Source: Spizellomyces punctatus DAOM BR117 (taxonomy: Eukaryota). Taken from it: DNA of 64,000 nt. The translations under genes and the position numbers were made by a program. The notes below the pieces were generated by a model that searched no databases, was not told where the DNA came from, and saw only the letters and a list, made by a program, of their open reading frames with translations. The stretch lies in NCBI GenBank assembly GCA_000182565.2, contig KQ257450.1; one strand, given 5' to 3'. This document shows positions 59,286-64,000 of the stretch, piece by piece (the first letter of the stretch is position 1; every line of letters starts with the position of its first letter).

Positions 59286-60078
59286 CGTTGTCTCAAGTTA
59301 GTGTGATATGAACGAGATGACACTGGGCAGCGAATATCCCCGTGTCAAAGGGTATTGCGATAGAATAGAAAACAACCAACAAAAGAGCTATCCTGTCCGC
59401 TTCCTTTTGGGCTGCCTCTGCTCTTTAAGCGTAAAAAACGGTTCTAAAAAAAGAAAAACAAAATGAACAAGTCTCCCCCAAGCCCACAAAAACGCGGCAG
59501 CCCGAGGGGCCGAAATGAGGGTCGCAAAAGGGCCGACAGCCGCGTGTGATCCTCAAATCGAGTAATCTGAACACATAATCGTCCCAAAGGGCTGCATGGG
59601 AAGGGTTTTTATAGATGCTTCAACACAGGAAACGATGAGTTTGAGGCAAGGCAACAAGGACGTTATACAAAAAAGATTAACTCTATATATGCATGGTTGA
59701 TGTTGTTTGTTCGAATTCAACTGTTGCTGCCAGTTGCCGCCGAGTCGTCTGGTTTCTCCGATCCTAATCTCTCGCCTTGGTAAGCCCAGAAGGGATGCTG
59801 AGTGGAGTCTCTCATTCTGCAATGTATTTACAACGTGCCGGGTGACGCTCGACTACATTAAAACAGGTGCGTGATAAAAAAAACATCATTGCTTCAAATT
59901 CCATAAAGATATCATCCAACAGACATGAAGAAAACACAAAGGTGAAATAATATATCAATAGAATTCTAGCAATCAAAAAAAAAGTATTCAATAAGATGCC
60001 ACTAAACACAACAATGCAACATACAAAAAAGTTCTATATAACCTACATACGCTACCCAAAACCAATCACATATATACC

Positions 60079-63000
60079 TCAATCACTATCTTCATCTTTA
60101 CCCCGTCCGCCCCACCAAAAACTCCTCTTCTTCTTCACCTCCCCATCCTTGTCCTTCTCCTTCCCTACACTCCGTGTTCGGCTCTTGCTTTTGGTACGCC
60201 CTTCCTCCTTGCTCCCACTTCGACCTCTCGAAGCGCCTCGTGATCGTTTTGATGATGATGATGATGTTCCGTCGCGGTCTAGGGTGTCGTCGGGAGGGGG
60301 CGGGAGGATGGCACGAGACTCTTCAAGGTATTTCACGCGTTCCATCAACATTCGGATATTGTTTTGCGAACTATAGTTTTCTTGTTCGAGAGATTGAACC
60401 TGGTCCTGAAGGTCTTTGACTCGTCGTTTGGCGGTGGAGAGTTGATGTCCGAGTTCCCCAATGATCTCTTGTTGCTGGGCTAGTCTGTGTTGGTGTTGTT
60501 GTTGGGCGAGCTGGGTGTGGTGGCGGTTGGAACGAGGATCGGAGGATGGCGAATCTGGTTGTGGCGGATCCCGTTTGGCAGGTAGTGGTGACCCATCTCT
60601 CCACCGTTCGGGTATGTTTTGACGCGCTCCAGATCCGCGATCCCGAGTTTTCGCAGCGCTCTGTATGCGCTCGGGAGCACCCGTAAGAATAGATGAACGC
60701 TTTCCATCTTTCCTGGTCAACTCCTCAAACATTATCGAAGGCATAATCTCCTTTAGCTCCAATGGGGTGAGCCTGAATGTTCCACGATGGCCGCCTCTAG
60801 CCTTGCTGACTGCCGCATTCAGTGGCTGTGCTGCCCTTGCCTCCCGCTCCTTCTTCTTTGCCTCTTCCAACTGGTTCTCCAATTCAACAACCCGAGTCTG
60901 TGCCGCATTGGCGACACTCCGAGCCTTGACCAACTCGTACTCCATGTTGGCAATCTCATCGAGCTGTTTATTGACCCGATCCTCCAACACACGTAAGCGA
61001 ACCGCAGTGCTGCTCCTACTGACATCCCGGAAAGATGTTTCAGAAGACGCAGAAGAGGAGGCTCTTACATCCTCGAGCTCAGCTTCTAGCCTCGCAACTG
61101 TATTGGCATCTTCCTCCAACTGTCGATCAGCAGCAGATATATGCATAGAAAGAATCTCAATCATTCGCAACAATTCTTGACGTTCGCGTTCTGCCAGACC
61201 GGGTCCTGCTTCGGTAGTCGCTTCGGTATCGTTGGTTCGGTCAGCAATCTCTCGAATGGAGTCGATAATGGAGGTAGGAGATATCGGTTCACCCGGCGAC
61301 AAACCACGGAGACTGCTTCCTCCTCTTCTCCTCCTGTCAAATGAAGCGGACCGACGCGTATCTAGCGAGTCCCGTCCAATGTCTCCTTCATCCGAATCAC
61401 GAAGGTCTGCTTCCCGACCAGTCTGAATCGACGGTGGCCGTGGTTTTGAGACTCTGGACGGTGGAGGTGGGTCAACAATGACTGGTACTCTTCGCTCTGC
61501 CTCGTTTAATTTAGCTTCAACTTCCTCCACCCGGTTACTTAGAGCTTCCACGACCTGTTTCAGCTCATCCCGCTCTGTAACAACCTGAGCGAGCTCGTCT
61601 TCCAACTTTGCCTTGTCGCCCAACTCGGTGCCCAACTGCTCAATCTCAGTACGCAGAGAGTTGCGTTCCGAGACGACCTCCGCAATCTGAGTACGATACA
61701 TGCCGACCAAGACAGAGTTATCATCGCTTTCTTGGTCAGCCGTGGCGGATTCGTTGGGGACAACATCCCGTTCGGATTGCGTCTTTTCCATGGATTCAAC
61801 CTTTTCGCGAAGATCGGTGGATTCCGCCTTGAGTGTTTCGTGAGTAGACGCCAGGGAACTTAATTGTGACTGCACGTCTTTGAGTTCCTGGTCCTTGGAT
61901 TCCAATAAGGCATCTAGTTCTGCAATCCTTTGCAGCGCAGTCTCCTTTTCCTCCAAAGAAGAGTTCAACTCTTCGACCTTGGCTTCGAGCTGCTGCAACT
62001 TGGTCAACGCCTCATCACGTTCTACCTCCATACGCCCAAGACGATCCTCCATTTCCCGAGTACCAGCCACGGACAAGTCTTTGCACTCAATCATTTCCTT
62101 CTCCATTTCCGCGTTCGAGTGCTCCAATTCCTTCATGCGTACTAAAAGCATGTCACGTTCCTGCTGAGTATCGGAGAGGTTCTGCTCCAGTTCCGTAGCG
62201 AGAGCTTCGGCGGTTCGCATCTTGTTCTCCAAATCTAGGATAGTCGCAGCCGATGTGGTCTCCACTTGCGTCTCCGCAAGACCAAGTCCGTTCAAGAGGT
62301 CATTGCACTCACGGTCCAGTTGAGCTACATCGGCTTGCGGACGGGTGCTCTCAATCTCGAGCCCCCTCTCAGTTCCTTGCACACTCTCATTTTGCAGGTG
62401 CAGAATTTGCTCCTCAAGGGCGTTGACCTTGTCCAGGAGCTCATCCCGCTCTATAACGACAGCTTCACGCAACGAAGCAAGGTACTGTACCTCTTTTGCA
62501 AACTTTCCAATCTTGGCAGCGTAGTCCTCACAGTGTGTCTCTAATTGATGGACACGATCCATGAGGGCCTGCTTCTCCACTTCACTTTCAGAAAGCTGAT
62601 TCTGCAAAGCTTTGTTACTCTCATCCCTTGCCAGAAGCCCTGACTCCAATTCAGAGGCCTCGTGCTCGTGGGCACGACTGGATTCAAGCTCCGTCGCTAG
62701 TTGGTCTTGCGTCTCTGTGAGGGTGACGTGAAGAGCTTCTAGCTGGGCTTGGAGATCGGATACCAGGTTCTGAGATTCGGATTGCAATCTACGTGACTCT
62801 TCCAGCTCACGCTGGACTGTTTCCAGTTCATTGACGTGCACGCTAGAGTCGTCCAATTGAGTACGCAAAGTGGAGAGCGCGGTTTGCAGGTCAGCGACAT
62901 CAGCCTCCCGCTGTGCAAGTTCTCCTTGTTTCTCGTCCAACTCTGTGCGTGATGCAGTGAGTGCAGATTGCAAATCAGATACTTCAGCCTCCCGGTGGGC

Positions 63001-64000
63001 GAGTTCTGCTTGTTTCTCATCCAATTCTGTGCGTAAGCTGGAGAGGGTGGTTTGCAGGTCAGAGAGCTGGGTCTCCCGTTGAGCGGCTTCTGCTTGTTTG
63101 TCATCCAAGAGCTGTTGCAGTTGTTCCACCTTTTGGTTTTCGGTCTCTGCTTGCAGCGCGCGAGCTTCCTCGATGCTTCGTTGAGCTGTTTCCAGTTCAA
63201 TGCGCAAGGCAGCGAGAGTGGTTTGCAGATCCGAGAGATCAACCTCCCGTTGGGCAAGTTCTGCTTGTTTGTCATCCAAGAGCTGTTGCAGTTGTTCCAT
63301 CTTTTGGTTTTCGGTTTCTGCGTGCAGCGCGCGAGCTTCCTCGATGCTTCGTTGAGCTGCTTCCAATTCCTGGACGCGATCTGTGGACTGATTGAGTTCA
63401 GTGCGCAAGGCAGTAAGAGTGGCTTGCAGGTCCGAGAGATCAGTCTCCCGTTGAGCAAGTTCTGCTTGTTTCTCATCCAAGAGCTTTTGAATTTGGGCCA
63501 CCTGTTGGTTTTCAGTTTCTGCTTGCAGCGAGCGAGTTTCGTGCAATTCTCGGTGGACTGTTTCCAGTTCACTGATACGTTCTTTGGATTCGGTCAGTTC
63601 AGTGCGCAATGCAGCGACAGTGGTTTGCAGTTCCGCGACGACAGTCTCCTGTTGAGCGAGTTCTGCATGCTTGTCGTCCAAGAGCTTTTGAACTTCTTGA
63701 ACCTTTTGGGTCTCAGTTTCCGATCGCAGGGTGATAGATTCATGTAAATCCCGTTGGACGGCTTCCAGTTCATTGACACGAGCCTTCGATTCATCTAGCT
63801 CAGTAGTGAGGGCGGCGAGCGTGGCTCGCAGGTCAGAGACGACGGTATCCCGTTCGGAGATTTCAGTGTGCTTTTGATCCAAAAGCTGCTGGATTTCTCC
63901 TATTCTTGTTGTTAGCTCCTCGCATTCTTGAGCGACCACACCAAGCCGGTCATCTCGTTCCTTGACTCCATCGCGAAGATCCTGAACCAACGACTTTGCA
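60079..64000 (-). CDS. Very large coiled-coil protein with internal tandem repeats (5' end lies outside the window)
   Basis: Open frame of more than 1300 codons rich in Glu/Leu/Gln heptads, with a basic C-terminal tail (KKKRSFWWGG). No family assignable. Confidence 0.8.
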   Translation of the reverse strand, partial: AKSLVQDLRDGVKERDDRLGVVAQECEELTTRIGEIQQLLDQKHTEISERDTVVSDLRATLAALTTELDESKARVNELEAVQRDLHESITLRSETETQKVQEVQKLLDDKHAELAQQETVVAELQTTVAALRTELTESKERISELETVHRELHETRSLQAETENQQVAQIQKLLDEKQAELAQRETDLSDLQATLTALRTELNQSTDRVQELEAAQRSIEEARALHAETENQKMEQLQQLLDDKQAELAQREVDLSDLQTTLAALRIELETAQRSIEEARALQAETENQKVEQLQQLLDDKQAEAAQRETQLSDLQTTLSSLRTELDEKQAELAHREAEVSDLQSALTASRTELDEKQGELAQREADVADLQTALSTLRTQLDDSSVHVNELETVQRELEESRRLQSESQNLVSDLQAQLEALHVTLTETQDQLATELESSRAHEHEASELESGLLARDESNKALQNQLSESEVEKQALMDRVHQLETHCEDYAAKIGKFAKEVQYLASLREAVVIERDELLDKVNALEEQILHLQNESVQGTERGLEIESTRPQADVAQLDRECNDLLNGLGLAETQVETTSAATILDLENKMRTAEALATELEQNLSDTQQERDMLLVRMKELEHSNAEMEKEMIECKDLSVAGTREMEDRLGRMEVERDEALTKLQQLEAKVEELNSSLEEKETALQRIAELDALLESKDQELKDVQSQLSSLASTHETLKAESTDLREKVESMEKTQSERDVVPNESATADQESDDNSVLVGMYRTQIAEVVSERNSLRTEIEQLGTELGDKAKLEDELAQVVTERDELKQVVEALSNRVEEVEAKLNEAERRVPVIVDPPPPSRVSKPRPPSIQTGREADLRDSDEGDIGRDSLDTRRSASFDRRRRGGSSLRGLSPGEPISPTSIIDSIREIADRTNDTEATTEAGPGLAERERQELLRMIEILSMHISAADRQLEEDANTVARLEAELEDVRASSSASSETSFRDVSRSSTAVRLRVLEDRVNKQLDEIANMEYELVKARSVANAAQTRVVELENQLEEAKKKEREARAAQPLNAAVSKARGGHRGTFRLTPLELKEIMPSIMFEELTRKDGKRSSILTGAPERIQSAAKTRDRGSGARQNIPERWRDGSPLPAKRDPPQPDSPSSDPRSNRHHTQLAQQQHQHRLAQQQEIIGELGHQLSTAKRRVKDLQDQVQSLEQENYSSQNNIRMLMERVKYLEESRAILPPPPDDTLDRDGTSSSSSKRSRGASRGRSGSKEEGRTKSKSRTRSVGKEKDKDGEVKKKRSFWWGGRGKDEDSD
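62860..63900 (-). repeat. Intragenic tandem repeats (201-, 171- and 84-bp units)
   Basis: 67-aa units (Q..Q.Q.LLD.K.AELAQ.ET...LQ.T..ALRTEL...AETEN), one 57-aa unit and 28-aa subunits. DNA at ~63130-63190 and ~63301-63361 is nearly identical. Confidence 0.9.

Noticed and set aside
59493-59544. GC-rich inverted repeat (CGCGGC...GCCGCG) upstream of the TLC gene
   Set aside because: Only a 6-bp closing stem, within chance expectation, and no recognisable RNA motif.
62739-63794. Long alternative-frame and antisense ORFs (277 aa, 231 aa)
   Set aside because: Shadow ORFs caused by biased codon use in the repetitive coiled-coil gene.
1-64000. CRISPR arrays, rRNA genes, intact transposase or retroelement ORFs, U12-type introns
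   Set aside because: No regularly spaced repeats, rRNA-like stretch, RT/transposase motifs or RTATCCTT donors at exon boundaries were seen.

Overview
Gene-dense, intron-rich eukaryotic DNA with short GT-AG introns (mostly ~50-90 nt) and intergenic spaces of ~0.04-0.9 kb. Fungal-type genes (Nup170, Sln1-like hybrid histidine kinase, Prm10-like, Ubp6, Imp4, NudC) occur beside motile-cilium genes (LRRC6/DNAAF11, CASC1/DNAI7). This points to a zoosporic fungus (chytrid); the taxon is inferred, not confirmed. About 32 protein-coding genes were reconstructed across exons. Several are missing or fragmented in the ORF track (QCR9, the TYW3 5' exon, the CKS domain, ATP20, MRP10). The most notable non-standard elements are: (1) a structured-RNA locus at ATP16, comprising an unusually long 413-nt intron that folds into a multi-helix RNA of unknown class and, just downstream, a ~220-nt box H/ACA RNA whose 5' pocket fits the 18S site equivalent to human Psi1367; (2) a ~740-bp non-autonomous TIR element flanked by TA; (3) a decayed ABCC transporter pseudogene; (4) atypical proteins: a ~460-aa CKS-domain protein with a KEN box, a sphingosine-kinase homolog with GGDR in place of GDG, ORC1 without a BAH domain, and URI/Bud27 with three URI-box motifs; (5) recurring CACGTG and RFX X-box-like motifs in the promoters. 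Exon boundaries were read by eye and no database searches were run.
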